Source of the DNA: an uncultured SAR86 cluster bacterium | GTDB lineage: Bacteria; Pseudomonadota; Gammaproteobacteria; Magnimaribacterales; D2472 | Direction of reading: 5' to 3' | Length of the DNA stretch: 64,000 nt | Assembly (NCBI GenBank): GCA_902556355.1 | Contig: CACDVW010000001.1 | Location: 5,164-69,163, forward strand | Shown: piece after piece, positions 25,606 through 37,264 of the stretch | Position numbering within the stretch: the stretch's first letter is position 1 | Layout of the letters: the number at the start of each line of letters is the position of its first letter | Notes under the pieces: generated by a model | Database searches by the model: none | What the model was told of the DNA's origin: nothing | What the model saw: only the letters and a program-made list of their open reading frames with translations | Position numbers and translations under genes: made by a program

Positions 25606-26618
25606 AATTTATTATTTGTAATTAACTTTTGAAGTATCTGCACAGCATTAAGAGCAGCGCCTTTTCCGTATACGTTATCTGCAACAACCCAAAGTGAAAC
25701 CCATGAATCTCCTTGAATTTGTTGTGAACGTATTCTTCCAACATAAACATCCTCAGAGTCATTAGCTTGTTCATAAGGTGTTGGATACTCTAAAGTATCA
25801 GGATTATCCATAACACATACCCCCTCATTACCTTCAACAGAATTAATAACCTCTTCTCTTGAAGCTGAGTTTGAAAGCTTTAAAAAAACTGCTTCTGAAT
25901 GTCCATTAAAAACAGGAACTCTGGCACAAGTTGCCTGTACCTCAATATTTGGGTCTAATATTTTTTTAGTTTCCCAGACTAATTTCATCTCTTCTTTTGT
26001 AAAAGCATTATCTAGAAAGATATCACATTGAGGTATTACGTTAAATGCGATTGGTTTTGGATAAACTTTTGATTCTGCAGTATCACTCTCATAAGTTTGG
26101 GATCTCAACTCTTCTACAGCCTCTTTACCAGTTCCAGAGACCGCTTGATATGTTGCAATGTTTAAAAATTCAATTCCAAACTGCTCATGAATTGGTTTTA
26201 AAACCATTAAAAGCTGTGAGGTTGAACAATTTGGATTAGCAATTAATGTTGGTTCATCAAGATTCTCAACAATATTGCCATTAATCTCAGGGATAATTAG
26301 CGGCACATCATCTTCATACCTGAACTCAGAAGATAAATCTATTACATAATTACCGGCCTCTACAAATTTTCTAGCATACTGCTTTGCAACAGAGCCACCT
26401 GCTGAAAATATAGTTATATTTACATCTGTTGGGTCAAAATCATCAAGACTTCCAATAACGTAATCTTGATTTTGAAAATGTACAGTTTGGCCAACTGTTG
26501 AACTACCCAATGGAAACAACTTGTCTACTTGAATACCTTTTTTTTCAAGCAATTGAAGAATTTTTTTACCCACTACACCAGAAGCGCCAACAAGCGCCAT
26601 ATTTAATGTTTTATCCAT
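25599..26618 (-). CDS. asd: Aspartate-semialdehyde dehydrogenase (short type)
   Basis: VGASGVVG Rossmann motif and active-site NPNCST. The start could instead be the internal Met at 26600. Confidence 0.85.
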   Translation of the reverse strand: MDKTLNMALVGASGVVGKKILQLLEKKGIQVDKLFPLGSSTVGQTVHFQNQDYVIGSLDDFDPTDVNITIFSAGGSVAKQYARKFVEAGNYVIDLSSEFRYEDDVPLIIPEINGNIVENLDEPTLIANPNCSTSQLLMVLKPIHEQFGIEFLNIATYQAVSGTGKEAVEELRSQTYESDTAESKVYPKPIAFNVIPQCDIFLDNAFTKEEMKLVWETKKILDPNIEVQATCARVPVFNGHSEAVFLKLSNSASREEVINSVEGNEGVCVMDNPDTLEYPTPYEQANDSEDVYVGRIRSQQIQGDSWVSLWVVADNVYGKGAALNAVQILQKLITNNKLC

Positions 26619-27687
26619 TTTTTAATATTCCTATTAATATTGATGCTACTTCAGAGGTTTTTACATACTCATCGTTAGTGCTTATATCTTTTGTTCTATA
26701 ACCTTTGGCAATAAATTCTTTGATAGCACGGTCAATGCTATCGGATAGCTCTTTTTGATCTAATGAATATTTTAGTGCCATACCAAGTGAAGCGATCATT
26801 GCAATTGGATTAGCTATATCCATTCCAGCAATATCTGGGGCGCTACCATGACAAGGTTCATACATGCCCTGAGATGAGCTATTTAATGAAGCAGATGGAA
26901 GCATACCAATTGATCCAGATAGTGTTGCAGCTATATCAGACAAGATATCTCCAAATAGATTGCTTGATACAATCACATCATACTGATTTGGGTTAAGAAC
27001 TAGCTGCATTGCAGTATTGTCAGCAAGTTGATGAGAAAGCTCTACGTCTGGATAATCTTTTGCCATATCTGAAACTATAGATCTCCAAAACTTAGAAACC
27101 TCAAGAACATTTGCCTTTTCAACTGAGCAAAGCTTTCCACCTCTTTTTTGTGCTGATTCGAAAGCCACCTTCGCAATACGTTTAATCTCATTTTCGTTAT
27201 AAACCATCGTATTAAATGCATAAGGGGGATCTTCATTCTCAACGATTGCCCTAGGCTCACCAAAATATATTCCTCCTGTAAGCTCACGAACAATCAGAAT
27301 ATCTAAATTTTCAATAATATGATTTTTAATTGGGGACGCTGCTGCAAGCTCATTAAATAAAAATGCAGGTCTTAAGTTGGCAAATAACTCTAATTCTTTT
27401 CTTAATGATAAAAGCGCTTGCTCTGGTCTGTTATCCCAATCTAGCTCATCCCATTTTGGTCCACCAACGGCACCAAATAATATTGCATCACTTTCTTTTG
27501 CCTTTGCTAAAACTTTTTCTGGCAAGGGCGATCCAAACTTATCATAAGCTGTTCCACCTGCATCCATTTCTTCAATACTAAAATCAAGATTATGTTTTGC
27601 AATTAAAAAGTCTAAAACTTCTTTTGCAGAAGCAGTAACTTCTTGACCAATACCGTCTCCAGGCAAAATTAAAATCTTTTTAGTCAT
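26611..27687 (-). CDS. leuB: 3-isopropylmalate dehydrogenase
   Basis: ILPGDGIGQEV, LFGDILSD and GSAPDIAG motifs. Confidence 0.95.
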   Translation of the reverse strand: MTKKILILPGDGIGQEVTASAKEVLDFLIAKHNLDFSIEEMDAGGTAYDKFGSPLPEKVLAKAKESDAILFGAVGGPKWDELDWDNRPEQALLSLRKELELFANLRPAFLFNELAAASPIKNHIIENLDILIVRELTGGIYFGEPRAIVENEDPPYAFNTMVYNENEIKRIAKVAFESAQKRGGKLCSVEKANVLEVSKFWRSIVSDMAKDYPDVELSHQLADNTAMQLVLNPNQYDVIVSSNLFGDILSDIAATLSGSIGMLPSASLNSSSQGMYEPCHGSAPDIAGMDIANPIAMIASLGMALKYSLDQKELSDSIDRAIKEFIAKGYRTKDISTNDEYVKTSEVASILIGILKNG

Positions 27688-28330
27688 TTGAAAATATCCA
27701 TGGTGTATTTTTCATTCGTGTCTGCTCAAAAGCTAGTATTTTATCTTTATGTTTTAAAGTCATGTCAACATCATCTAAGCCATAAATTATTCTTTCAAGA
27801 AGGTTGTCTTCAACATCAAAACTATACAGTTCATTTTCATTTTGGAATATTTTTTTTGAATCAAGGCTTACTGATAGATCAGCTGAGCTGTCACTCATTT
27901 TTTGAAACAAGTCTTCAATTTTATTTTTATCAAGTTTTATTGGTAAAACTCCATTTTTAAAGCAATTGTTATAAAAAATATCTCCAAAAGATGAAGCTAT
28001 GACTATCTTTATCCCAAAATCTCTTAAAGCCCATACTGCATGCTCTCTTGAAGAGCCACAACCAAAATTATCTCTAGTTAATAAAATGGTGGCTTTGTCA
28101 TAAGGGGCTTGATTTAAAATAAAATCTGGATTCTGCTCCCTATCATTTTTAGAAACTCCTAGTTTACCTTCATCAAGATATCTCCACCCATCAAATAGAT
28201 AATCTTCAAAACCAAACTTTTTAATTGATTTTAAGTATTCAGTAGGGATGATTTGGTCAGTATCAATATTATCTCTATCAATACTAGCTACAACACCACC
28301 TATTATTAATTCGTTTCCTTCAATCTTCAT
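27680..28330 (-). CDS. leuD: 3-isopropylmalate dehydratase small subunit
   Basis: NIDTDQIIP and [11 protein letters not shown] motifs. Confidence 0.9.
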   Translation of the reverse strand: MKIEGNELIIGGVVASIDRDNIDTDQIIPTEYLKSIKKFGFEDYLFDGWRYLDEGKLGVSKNDREQNPDFILNQAPYDKATILLTRDNFGCGSSREHAVWALRDFGIKIVIASSFGDIFYNNCFKNGVLPIKLDKNKIEDLFQKMSDSSADLSVSLDSKKIFQNENELYSFDVEDNLLERIIYGLDDVDMTLKHKDKILAFEQTRMKNTPWIFSND

Positions 28331-29727
28331 GACGGGTCAACAACTCTCCCATTAACAGCTGTGAGAGCTGCCATTAAAGGACTCATTAGATGAGTTCTTC
28401 CAAGATTGCCCTGCCTGCCTTCAAAATTTCTATTAGATGTTGAAGCACATCTTTCATAGGGCTTTAATTGATCTGGATTCATTCCTAAACACATTGAACA
28501 ACCTGGATCTCTCCACATAAATCCTGCTTCTTCAAAAATTATATGCAAACCTTCAGATTCAGCCTGTTCTTTAACTAGGCCAGAGCCTGGTACAACAATA
28601 GCTTCAATAATATCTTCTGAAACTTTTTTTCCATCGACAACTTTTGCTGCATCTCTAAGATCTTCGATTCTTGAATTTGTACACGAACCTATAAAAACTC
28701 TGTCAAATTTTAAATCTGTAACTTTCTGATTTTCTTCTATGCCCATATATTTTTTTGCTAATTCAAAATTTCTCTTATTTTCACCATCAACAAAATCTAA
28801 ATTTGGAATTTCTTGATCAAAATCAACGACCATTTCTGGTGATGTCCCCCATGTAACCTGAGGTTTAATTAAAGAAACATCTATTGCTATCTCTTTATCA
28901 AAAGAAGCATCATTATCAGAAACAAGTGATGTCCAATGAGACATGGCATCTTCAAACTCCTCTTCTGATAATTGGCTATGATCTTTAACGTAATTAAAGG
29001 TTGTTGCATCTGGAGCAATTAACCCAACCTTTGCCCCAGCTTCGATAGACATATTACATATTGTCATTCTAGCTTCCATAGATATGCTCTCAATATATGA
29101 TCCGGCAAACTCTATTGCATGACCGTTACCTCCAGCAGTTCCTATTGTTCTTATTAAAAATAGAACAATATCTTTTGAAGTCACTCCTTCTTGCGGCTCG
29201 CCACTAAATTTAACTCTCATATTCTTAAGTTTTGAAACTTTTAATGTTTGTGTTGCAAGAACATGTTCTACCTCAGAAGTTCCTATGCCCATAGCCAAAC
29301 ATCCAAATGCACCATGTGTTGATGTATGCGAATCTCCACAAACTATTGTCATGCCAGGTAGTGTATAACCAAGCTCAGGACCAATAACATGAACTATTCC
29401 TTGATTGATTGACGTTATATCAAATTGCTTAATACCAAACTTATTACAATTTTTATCAAGCTCTGTTACTTGTATTTTTGATATCTCATCTTTTATATTT
29501 TCTGTTTTAAAAGACTCTCCTCTTTCAGTAGGAACATTATGATCAGGTGTAGCAATATTCGCATTCAATCTCCATGGAGATAACCCTTTTTTAGATAGCC
29601 CCTCAAAAGCCTGAGGAGATGTAACCTCATGAAGATACTGTCTATCTATGTACAATAAAGATTCCGATGAATCTAAAGTGGTTATATGATGCTCTTCCCA
29701 AAGCTTGTCGTATAAAGTCTTTGGCAT
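28327..29727 (-). CDS. leuC: 3-isopropylmalate dehydratase large subunit
   Basis: [14 protein letters not shown]-terminus, with VCGDSHT and GSCTNSR Fe-S motifs. The track start at 29775 would overlap aroC by 47 nt. The ATG at 29727 sits 1 nt after the aroC stop. Confidence 0.95.
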   Translation of the reverse strand: MPKTLYDKLWEEHHITTLDSSESLLYIDRQYLHEVTSPQAFEGLSKKGLSPWRLNANIATPDHNVPTERGESFKTENIKDEISKIQVTELDKNCNKFGIKQFDITSINQGIVHVIGPELGYTLPGMTIVCGDSHTSTHGAFGCLAMGIGTSEVEHVLATQTLKVSKLKNMRVKFSGEPQEGVTSKDIVLFLIRTIGTAGGNGHAIEFAGSYIESISMEARMTICNMSIEAGAKVGLIAPDATTFNYVKDHSQLSEEEFEDAMSHWTSLVSDNDASFDKEIAIDVSLIKPQVTWGTSPEMVVDFDQEIPNLDFVDGENKRNFELAKKYMGIEENQKVTDLKFDRVFIGSCTNSRIEDLRDAAKVVDGKKVSEDIIEAIVVPGSGLVKEQAESEGLHIIFEEAGFMWRDPGCSMCLGMNPDQLKPYERCASTSNRNFEGRQGNLGRTHLMSPLMAALTAVNGRVVDPS

Positions 29728-29728
29728 C

Positions 29729-30814
29729 TTACTTGGTAAAAGGTAATTGTTGATTAACCTCACCGCATTGAGCACGGTTTCTCAAAACATGGTCCATGAT
29801 TACAAGATTCACCATTGCCTCTGCGATAGGAACTGCTCTTATGCCAACGCATGGGTCATGCCTTCCAGTAACTTCAATATCTACTTCGTTGCCATCTTTG
29901 TCGACAGTTTTTCCTTTTTTCTTAATACTTGAAGTTGGCTTGATTAAAAAGTCTAAATCTATATTGTCCCCGTTTGAAATACCTCCAAGTATTCCACCAG
30001 CATTATTAGACGCAAATCCATCAGATCTAATTTCATCGCGTATCTCAGAACCTTTTAGATTGAGAATGTTTTCTGCATTTCCAATAGAAACAGATTTAAC
30101 AGCATTAATACTCATGATTGCTTTAGCAAGATCTGCATTCAGTTTATCGAAAACAGGCTCTCCTAAGCCAACCGGGCAATTCTCAACGCAAACTCCAAGT
30201 TTTGCTCCAACAGAATTACCTTCAGCAATTAGTTCTTCAAACATCTTATTTAAATCATCAAGTTTAGATAAATCTGCAAAGAAGTATTTGTTTTCATTTG
30301 CAGAGCTTGGATTAATTGAATCAGCTGAAACATGGCCTATTTGTGATACATATCCTGTCGTTTTAACTCCATATCTAGCTAGGTATTTCTTTGCAATAGC
30401 ACCTGCAGCAACCCTCATAGCAGTCTCTCTAGCGCTTGATCTTCCTCCGCCTCTATAGTCTCTATGACCATATTTTGCTTGATAAGTTATATCTGCGTGA
30501 TTAGGCCTGAAAGAATCTTTAATATTTGAGTAATCTTTAGACTGTTGATCCTTATTAAAAATCAATAAGCTTATTGGTGTTCCGAGTGTTTTTCCTTCAA
30601 AAACTCCAGATAATATTTGCACCGCATCATCTTCTTTTCGCTGAGTTGTAACATCTGATTGACCAGGCTTTCTTCTATCTAATTCGAACTGTATATCAGC
30701 TTCACTTAACTCAAGATTTGGCGGGCATCCATCAATAATGCAGCCCAAAGCATGCCCATGACTCTCACCAAAGGTCGTAATTTTAAATAATTTTCCAAAC
30801 GTATTGCCTGACAT
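29729..30814 (-). CDS. aroC: Chorismate synthase
   Basis: [18 protein letters not shown] and [10 protein letters not shown] motifs. Confidence 0.95.
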   Translation of the reverse strand: MSGNTFGKLFKITTFGESHGHALGCIIDGCPPNLELSEADIQFELDRRKPGQSDVTTQRKEDDAVQILSGVFEGKTLGTPISLLIFNKDQQSKDYSNIKDSFRPNHADITYQAKYGHRDYRGGGRSSARETAMRVAAGAIAKKYLARYGVKTTGYVSQIGHVSADSINPSSANENKYFFADLSKLDDLNKMFEELIAEGNSVGAKLGVCVENCPVGLGEPVFDKLNADLAKAIMSINAVKSVSIGNAENILNLKGSEIRDEIRSDGFASNNAGGILGGISNGDNIDLDFLIKPTSSIKKKGKTVDKDGNEVDIEVTGRHDPCVGIRAVPIAEAMVNLVIMDHVLRNRAQCGEVNQQLPFTK

Positions 30815-30883
30815 GGCAGTGATTATAGTCCAAAATTGATAAAACGCCTTATTTTAGGGGTTATTTAGGCCATTATCAAATAA

Positions 30884-32344
30884 TTAAAAATTATTCTGTT
30901 TTTTTGATAATAATTCTTGAAATTCAATAACCGAAGTATTTTCAAGCTTTTTTTGATCCGTGCAAAGTGCATAAATTTCTTTACACTTTTCTGAATCATA
31001 TGAAATTTCTAAGTTTTTTAAAAACTTTTGTTCTAGCACAGGGATTCCCTCTTCTCTTCTTCTTTTGTGACCAATTGGGTACTCTACCTCAACTTCATCT
31101 GTTGAACTTCCATCAGTAAAATGTATTTTAATCCTATTAGCTATGGATCTTTTATCTGCCTCATGATATTCCTCAGAGTATCTTTTATCTTCATTAATCA
31201 CCATTTTTTCTCTTAGTGCATCAACTCTTGGATCAGAAGCAACGTCATCCTCATAATCCTCTGCAACTAAATCACCTTTAAGTAATCCTATTGCAACCAT
31301 GTATTGAAGACAGTGATCTCTGTCTGCTGGATTATTAAGCTCACCAACTTTAGAGATAATTCTAATAGCAGATTCATGTGTTGTAATCTCAATAGTTTTT
31401 ATGTCATCAAGCTTATCTTTTATCTTAGAATGAAGTGCAACAGCTGCCTCAACTGCAGTTTGAGCATGGAATTCAGCTGGAAAACTGATTTTAAAAAGAA
31501 TATTTTCCATCACATAAGAGCCAAAAGCTTGAGGAAGGGAAAGCTGTTCACCTTTAAATAGCACGTCTTCAAAACCCCAAACAGGTGCAGATAAAACTCC
31601 TGGATAACCCATCTCACCTGAGAGAGTAATCATAGCCAATCTTACAGCCCTACTAGTAGCATCACCCGCTGCCCAACTTTTTCTTGAGCCAGCATTTGGT
31701 GCATGCCTATATGTTCTTAAGCTTTGTCCATCTACCCAAGCCTGACTAATTGCATCCTTAATTTGCTCATTGGTGCCCCCCATTAATTTTGTTACTACAG
31801 CTGTTGATGCAACTTTTACAAGAACAACATGATCTAGACCAACTTTATTAAAGCTGTTCTTAAGCGCTAAAACTCCTTGAATTTCATGAGCCATGATCAT
31901 GGCTTCTAAAACATCTTTCATGGTAAGAGACTCTTTACCCTCTTCAACATTTTTTTGTGAAATAAAATCTGTTACAGCTAAAATGCCGCCAAGGTTATCT
32001 GAAGGATGCCCCCATTCAGCAGCCAACCAGGTATCGTTATAATCGAGCCATCTTATAATACAACCAATGTCAAAAGCACCTTTAATGGGGTCAAGTTTAA
32101 AATTTGTTCCTGGTACTCGAACTCCATATGGTACTGATGTTCCATCAACAACAGGTCCAAGCATTTTTGTGCAAGCTGGAAATTTTAAGGCAAGAAGACC
32201 ACATCCTATTGTGTCTATGAGGCAATTTCTTGCAGTATCTAGTGCAAGTTCAGAATCAATTTGATAATTTGATACATAGTCAGCGATTTCAGAAATTACT
32301 GAGTCATATCCGGGCCTAACATTTAAATCAACATTAGAAGACAT
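30884..32344 (-). CDS. prpD: 2-methylcitrate dehydratase
   Basis: 486-aa MmgE/PrpD family protein downstream of prpB and prpC. Confidence 0.9.
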   Translation of the reverse strand: MSSNVDLNVRPGYDSVISEIADYVSNYQIDSELALDTARNCLIDTIGCGLLALKFPACTKMLGPVVDGTSVPYGVRVPGTNFKLDPIKGAFDIGCIIRWLDYNDTWLAAEWGHPSDNLGGILAVTDFISQKNVEEGKESLTMKDVLEAMIMAHEIQGVLALKNSFNKVGLDHVVLVKVASTAVVTKLMGGTNEQIKDAISQAWVDGQSLRTYRHAPNAGSRKSWAAGDATSRAVRLAMITLSGEMGYPGVLSAPVWGFEDVLFKGEQLSLPQAFGSYVMENILFKISFPAEFHAQTAVEAAVALHSKIKDKLDDIKTIEITTHESAIRIISKVGELNNPADRDHCLQYMVAIGLLKGDLVAEDYEDDVASDPRVDALREKMVINEDKRYSEEYHEADKRSIANRIKIHFTDGSSTDEVEVEYPIGHKRRREEGIPVLEQKFLKNLEISYDSEKCKEIYALCTDQKKLENTSVIEFQELLSKKQNNF

Positions 32345-32347
32345 GAA

Positions 32348-33469
32348 TTAGTCCCTATCTTCTATATCAACCCACTCAGAACTTTCAACACCAATGTATT
32401 CAGCACTTGGTCTAATAATTCTATTATTTGCCCTTTGCTCCATGCAATGAGCCGTCCATCCTGAAACTCGAGACATTACAAAGATTGGCGTGAATAATTT
32501 TGTTGGTATGCCCATGTAAAAATATGCTGGTGCATGAAAAAAGTCAGCATTGGCAAACATTTTTTTCTCATCTGCCATTACCTTTTCAACTTCTTCTGCA
32601 ACTTGATATAAGGTATCGTTATCGTGAAGTAAAGAAAGTTCCTTTGCATACTCTTTAATGACAGCATTTCTGGGATCACGAATAGAATAGACTGCATGCC
32701 CAAAACCCATAATTTTTTCTTTGTTAGCAAGCATAGCTAAGATATTCTCTTTTGCTTCTTCTCTTGAAGTCCAGTTTTCAATTAGTTCCATTGCCTTTTC
32801 ATTGGCTCCTCCGTGAAGAGGACCTCTTAATGAACCAATAGCAGCCACAACACAAGAATGAATATCAGACATGGTTGATGCACAAACTCTGCCAGTAAAA
32901 GTTGAAGCATTAAATTCATGCTCAGCATAAAGCACTAAAGATACATCCATTACTTTTCTATGAAGATCACTGGGAGTTTTTCCGTGAAGTATATGCAAGA
33001 AGTGACCTGCCATTGAATCTTCGTCATTTACTAAACTGATATCTTCTCCCTCATGAGAATACTTGTACCAATAGGTAACTATAGAAGCCATAGTAGCTAT
33101 CATTCTATTTATTGAATTTAATTGATTGCTGAAATCACCTTCAGGCTCAAGATTTCCCAACATTGATGTTCCGGTTCTCATAACATCCATTGGGTGAGCC
33201 GATGCTGGTATTTTTTGAAGTACTTCTTTTAGAGCTTGAGGAAGGTCTCTTTGACTTTTAAGAAGTGCTTTATATTCTGAAAGTTCGCTCTTGTTAGGAA
33301 GTTTATTGTAAAGAAGTAGGTATGCTACCTCTTCGAATGATGCTTTGTCAGCCAAGGTTTCAACCTTATGACCCCTATATGCAAGGCCTTCAATCTGACC
33401 AACTGTTGATAATGAAGTTTCTCCTGCCACCTGGCCTCTTAGACCAGCACCTTCTAACTTTTTAACCAT
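32348..33469 (-). CDS. prpC: 2-methylcitrate synthase
   Basis: Citrate-synthase family motifs (GPLHGGANE, GFGHAVY) in a prp context. Confidence 0.9.
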   Translation of the reverse strand: MVKKLEGAGLRGQVAGETSLSTVGQIEGLAYRGHKVETLADKASFEEVAYLLLYNKLPNKSELSEYKALLKSQRDLPQALKEVLQKIPASAHPMDVMRTGTSMLGNLEPEGDFSNQLNSINRMIATMASIVTYWYKYSHEGEDISLVNDEDSMAGHFLHILHGKTPSDLHRKVMDVSLVLYAEHEFNASTFTGRVCASTMSDIHSCVVAAIGSLRGPLHGGANEKAMELIENWTSREEAKENILAMLANKEKIMGFGHAVYSIRDPRNAVIKEYAKELSLLHDNDTLYQVAEEVEKVMADEKKMFANADFFHAPAYFYMGIPTKLFTPIFVMSRVSGWTAHCMEQRANNRIIRPSAEYIGVESSEWVDIEDRD

Positions 33470-33487
33470 AATATTTAGTAATCCTCT

Positions 33488-34357
33488 TTATTCTTCTTTA
33501 TATAGTTCATCCAATTTTTGTTCAAAACTGTGATAATTTAATCGATCGTATAATTCTTCCCGGGTCTGCATTATATCTAACAGATCTTTCTGTGTCCCCT
33601 CTTTAGCAATCGAAATGTAAACTTTTTCCGCAATCTTGCTCATTGCCCTAAATGCACTTAATGGAAAGAGAATCATATCAACCCCAACTTTATGAAGTTC
33701 ATCTTTTGTAAATAATGGAGTTTTTCCAAACTCAGTAATGTTTGCAAGAATTGGAATATTAAATGCTTTTTTTACAGCAGCATATTCCTCAAGAGTTGTT
33801 GCTGCCTCAAGAAATATACCATCAGCTCCTTCGGTAATATATGAACCGATTCGATCAATGGCACCTTCAATACCCTCTGATGCAATTGCATCAGTTCTAG
33901 CCATAATAAAAAATTCTTCATCATGTCTTCCATCCACAGCTGCTTTTATTCTGTCTTGCATTTCATTTTTCGAAACTAATGATTTGTTAGGTCTGTGACC
34001 ACATCTTTTTTGTGATATTTGATCTTCCATATGAACTGCAGCACAGCCAGCATCAATCATATTTTTTATTGTTTTAGCTATGTTAAAAGCTCCTCCCCAA
34101 CCAGTATCAATATCAACAAGGAGTGGCAAAGAAGAAGCGCTTGTAATTCTTTTAACATCTATAAGAACATCTTCCATAGATGTAATCCCTAAATCCGGAA
34201 TTCCATATGAAGCAGCAGCAACTCCACCGCCTGATAAGTACACTGCTTTATGACCTGATTTTTCGGCTAATATTGCTGAGTAGGCATTGATAGCGCCTGG
34301 AATAATAAGTGGAGTATTATCTTTAAGTGCTTTTCTGAATTTTGTGCCTGCTGACAT
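33488..34357 (-). CDS. prpB: Methylisocitrate lyase
   Basis: ICL/PEP-mutase family with the KRCGH motif (QKRCGHRPNK). Confidence 0.9.
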   Translation of the reverse strand: MSAGTKFRKALKDNTPLIIPGAINAYSAILAEKSGHKAVYLSGGGVAAASYGIPDLGITSMEDVLIDVKRITSASSLPLLVDIDTGWGGAFNIAKTIKNMIDAGCAAVHMEDQISQKRCGHRPNKSLVSKNEMQDRIKAAVDGRHDEEFFIMARTDAIASEGIEGAIDRIGSYITEGADGIFLEAATTLEEYAAVKKAFNIPILANITEFGKTPLFTKDELHKVGVDMILFPLSAFRAMSKIAEKVYISIAKEGTQKDLLDIMQTREELYDRLNYHSFEQKLDELYKEE

Positions 34358-34401
34358 GGTTGGAGATTATAGAACACAAATATACCAATTCCCAAATCTG
34401 A

Positions 34402-35064
34402 CTAACTGTAGAATTTTACTCCTCTGATAATTCTGTCTTTGTTATTCTTTCTTCTCCATCGATTAGTATCTCTTAAGCTATATACACAACCACAATATTC
34501 TTGCTGATAAAATTCTTCTCTTTTAGAAATCTCAATCATCCTTGAAGATCCACCCTGTTTTCTCCAATTGAAGTCCCAATAAACAACATCTTCGTATCTA
34601 TCAGCAGCTCTATGCCCTGCTGAATTAATTTGATTCATGTCTTTCCATCTGGATATACCAAGTGTCGTTGCATAAACAGAAAAATTGTTTTCTTTTGCAT
34701 AAAGAGCGGACCTCTCAAACCTCATATCAAAGCACTTTGTACACCTTTCACCTCTTTCAGGTTCATCTTCAAGACCTTTAATTCTCTCAAACCAATTATC
34801 TTTATCATAATCAGCATCGATGCATTCAAATCCTAGCTTCTCACAAAATCTTCTATTTTCATTTTTTCTAATTTCGTATTCTTCCTTCGGATGAATATTC
34901 GGATTATAAAAATAAACTGTTGTTTTAATATCAGACGCAGCCAAGGCCTCCATTATTTCTCCAGCACATGGAGCACAACAACTATGAAGTAATAAATCAG
35001 TGCCTTCTTTAGGCATCTGAAGTTTTGGTCTTTCGTAATTATCTAATTTTAAATGGTCACTCAT
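34402..35064 (-). CDS. queH: Epoxyqueuosine reductase QueH (DUF208)
   Basis: [16 protein letters not shown] and C-terminal EYCGCVYS motifs. Confidence 0.8.
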   Translation of the reverse strand: MSDHLKLDNYERPKLQMPKEGTDLLLHSCCAPCAGEIMEALAASDIKTTVYFYNPNIHPKEEYEIRKNENRRFCEKLGFECIDADYDKDNWFERIKGLEDEPERGERCTKCFDMRFERSALYAKENNFSVYATTLGISRWKDMNQINSAGHRAADRYEDVVYWDFNWRKQGGSSRMIEISKREEFYQQEYCGCVYSLRDTNRWRRKNNKDRIIRGVKFYS

Positions 35065-35669
35065 TTTACAAAAATAGAACTTTTTAGTATGGCATCTTCT
35101 AAATGATCATAATTATGGAATGATGGAATGTCAGGATGACTTGCGGCAATCTTTTCTGGCGCATTCATAAAAAAACCTTTTTCAGCAACTTCGAACATCT
35201 GTATATCATTATAAGAGTCTCCTGCAGCAATACATCTATATCCAATTGATTGAAAAGCCATAATTGCTTGTTTTTTAGCTTGTTTGTGCCTTAGCTTATA
35301 AGAAATGACTTCATCATTTTCAACCTCTAAGTTATGACATAGTAAAAGTGGGTGACCCATCTTTTCCATTAAAGGTTTAGCTATTTCATGGAATGTATCT
35401 GAAAGAATAACAACTTGGAAATTAGATCTAATACTATTTAAGAAATCTTCTGCACCATCTAGAAGATTCAACTCTCCTGATGCTTTTTGGATATCAGATA
35501 ATTTAAGATTATGCTTTTTCATGACTTCAAGTCTAAAGTCCATAAGATCTGAATAATCAGGTATGTCTCTAGTAGTTTTATTGAATTCTTCAACTCCAGT
35601 ATTTAAAGCTATTTGCTCCCATATTTCAGGTGTTAAAGTTCCTTCCATATCAAAACATACTATTTCCAT
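35061..35669 (-). CDS. thrH: ThrH-like HAD phosphoserine phosphatase / homoserine phosphotransferase
   Basis: [17 protein letters not shown]...[12 protein letters not shown] closely parallels the Pseudomonas ThrH N-terminus. Confidence 0.75.
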   Translation of the reverse strand: MEIVCFDMEGTLTPEIWEQIALNTGVEEFNKTTRDIPDYSDLMDFRLEVMKKHNLKLSDIQKASGELNLLDGAEDFLNSIRSNFQVVILSDTFHEIAKPLMEKMGHPLLLCHNLEVENDEVISYKLRHKQAKKQAIMAFQSIGYRCIAAGDSYNDIQMFEVAEKGFFMNAPEKIAASHPDIPSFHNYDHLEDAILKSSIFVK

Positions 35670-35681
35670 TCGTAATCCTTA

Positions 35682-36581
35682 TTATTTATTTTTTATGCCA
35701 TACGGAACATGTCCAGAGGCGGTTGTTTCAATAGCGTCCATGATATGTTTTTTTTGGTCATCAAAAAAGATGTCTGCTTGAAAAGATTTAAGAAAATGTT
35801 GTTTAGACATCCCCCCAAGGAATAATGATTCGTCAATCCTGACACCCCATTCTCTCAATGTTTTTATTACACGCTTATCAGATGGAGCCGATCTAGCAGT
35901 TACAAGCGCTGTTCTGATTGGACATTCATTGATATCAAAATCATTTTGAATTTTATTTAGTTCTACTAAAAATGATTTAAATGGTCCCTCTTTTAATGTC
36001 GTGGTTGCTTTAACTTCATTTTCAATAAATGCATCTAAGCCTTCTTCATGAAAAACTTTTTCAGAATCATCTGAAAAAATCACTGCATCTCCATCAAATG
36101 CTATTTTCAATTGATCATTCTCAGAATGCATGTTGCATTCTCCATCTCTTGAAATTATTGTTGCGGCTGCAACATTGCTTTCAATGGCCAGCTTTACATC
36201 TTCAAAGCTGCTTGATAAAAATAAATGAACTCCAAAATCTTTTACATACCTGTGAGGGCTTTCACCTCCACAAAATGCTGCTCTGCTTATATCTAAACCA
36301 TGAGCTTCTATAGAGTTTCTTATTCTTAAGCCAGTATCTGATGTATTTCTTGATAATAGAATTACTTCTATTCTATTTTCATCTTTGTATAAGGAATTAA
36401 TGCCTAGAATTTTTTTAACCAAACCAAAAGCTTCACCTGGTTCAAGTGTTTTATCTTCATTTGCTATTTGATAATCTCTGTATGATTCTAAGCCTTCTTT
36501 TTCATATATCTCATGGCTTTTATCAAGATTAAATAAAGCTCTGGAAGATATGCCTATAATTAATTTTGATTTATTACTCAT
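35682..36581 (-). CDS. 5'-nucleotidase family protein (pfam06189-like)
   Basis: The LIIGISSRALFNLDKSHEIYEKEGLESYRDYQ pattern is typical of this family. Confidence 0.6.
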   Translation of the reverse strand: MSNKSKLIIGISSRALFNLDKSHEIYEKEGLESYRDYQIANEDKTLEPGEAFGLVKKILGINSLYKDENRIEVILLSRNTSDTGLRIRNSIEAHGLDISRAAFCGGESPHRYVKDFGVHLFLSSSFEDVKLAIESNVAAATIISRDGECNMHSENDQLKIAFDGDAVIFSDDSEKVFHEEGLDAFIENEVKATTTLKEGPFKSFLVELNKIQNDFDINECPIRTALVTARSAPSDKRVIKTLREWGVRIDESLFLGGMSKQHFLKSFQADIFFDDQKKHIMDAIETTASGHVPYGIKNK

Positions 36582-36616
36582 AATTTTATATTGATTTTAA
36601 AAGCTAAATGGCATTA

Positions 36617-36636
36617 TACTGTATAAATATATAGTA
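36617..36636 (+). promoter_or_regulatory. LexA autoregulatory SOS box TACTGTATAAATATATAGTA
   Basis: CTGT-N8-ATAG, 13 nt upstream of the lexA ATG. It differs from the gammaproteobacterial consensus TACTGTATATATATACAGTA mainly at C to T in the right half-site. Confidence 0.7.
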
Positions 36637-36649
36637 TATTTAAAACATT

Positions 36650-37264
36650 ATGAAAGATATTACACCACAACAACAAAAAGTGCTTGATTGTATTCAAGTA
36701 TACATAAATAAAACAGGCTTTCCTCCTACAAGAGCAGATATTTGTAGAGAGCTAGGATTTAAATCACCTAATTCGGCTGAAACTCACCTAAGAGCTCTTG
36801 AAAAGAAAGACTTTATTTCAATAGAAAGCGGTGCCTCAAGAGGTATATCAATAAATAATCCAGAAATTAAGCATGAGGGTAACGATTATCCCATAGTTGG
36901 ATTAGTTGCTGCTGGGTCACCAACTTTAGCAAGTGAAAATGTCGAAAAAGTACTAAATTGTCCAAAAGGTTTCTTTGGATCTGATTTTGATTATTTCTTA
37001 AGGGTTAGAGGTCTTAGCATGAAAGATGCTGGAATTATGGAAGATGATTTGATTGCTGTTAAAAAAACTCAAGAAATTAAAAATGGTGATATTGTTATTG
37101 CAAGAATAGAAGATGAAGTAACAGTCAAATATTTTCAAAGAAGTGCTCCAAATATAGTTCACCTAAAACCAGCAAATGAAGAATTTAATGATATAGAAGT
37201 TAATCTTGAAGAGACTGAATTATATATAGAAGGAAAAAGTGTCGGGCTAATTAGAGAGAATTAG
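36650..37264 (+). CDS. lexA: LexA repressor
   Basis: N-terminal winged HTH, AG cleavage site (VAAGSP), and S/K peptidase motifs (GLSMKDAGI, VKYF). Confidence 0.95.
   Translation: MKDITPQQQKVLDCIQVYINKTGFPPTRADICRELGFKSPNSAETHLRALEKKDFISIESGASRGISINNPEIKHEGNDYPIVGLVAAGSPTLASENVEKVLNCPKGFFGSDFDYFLRVRGLSMKDAGIMEDDLIAVKKTQEIKNGDIVIARIEDEVTVKYFQRSAPNIVHLKPANEEFNDIEVNLEETELYIEGKSVGLIREN

Noticed and set aside
29728-29775. N-terminal extensions in the track: leuC 29775, ACAD 59471, anti-sigma 10487, GST 51440 (TTG), OGFr-like 4577 (TTG), pyrD 42105
   Set aside because: In each case a downstream ATG gives the canonical family N-terminus, or removes an overlap and creates an ATGA or adjacent coupling with the upstream gene.
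29796-30458. 220-aa plus-strand ORF, the longest unexplained ORF in the track
   Set aside because: It lies wholly antisense to aroC, whose chorismate synthase motifs are unmistakable. Its translation is rich in S/P/L/I/T with no motif.
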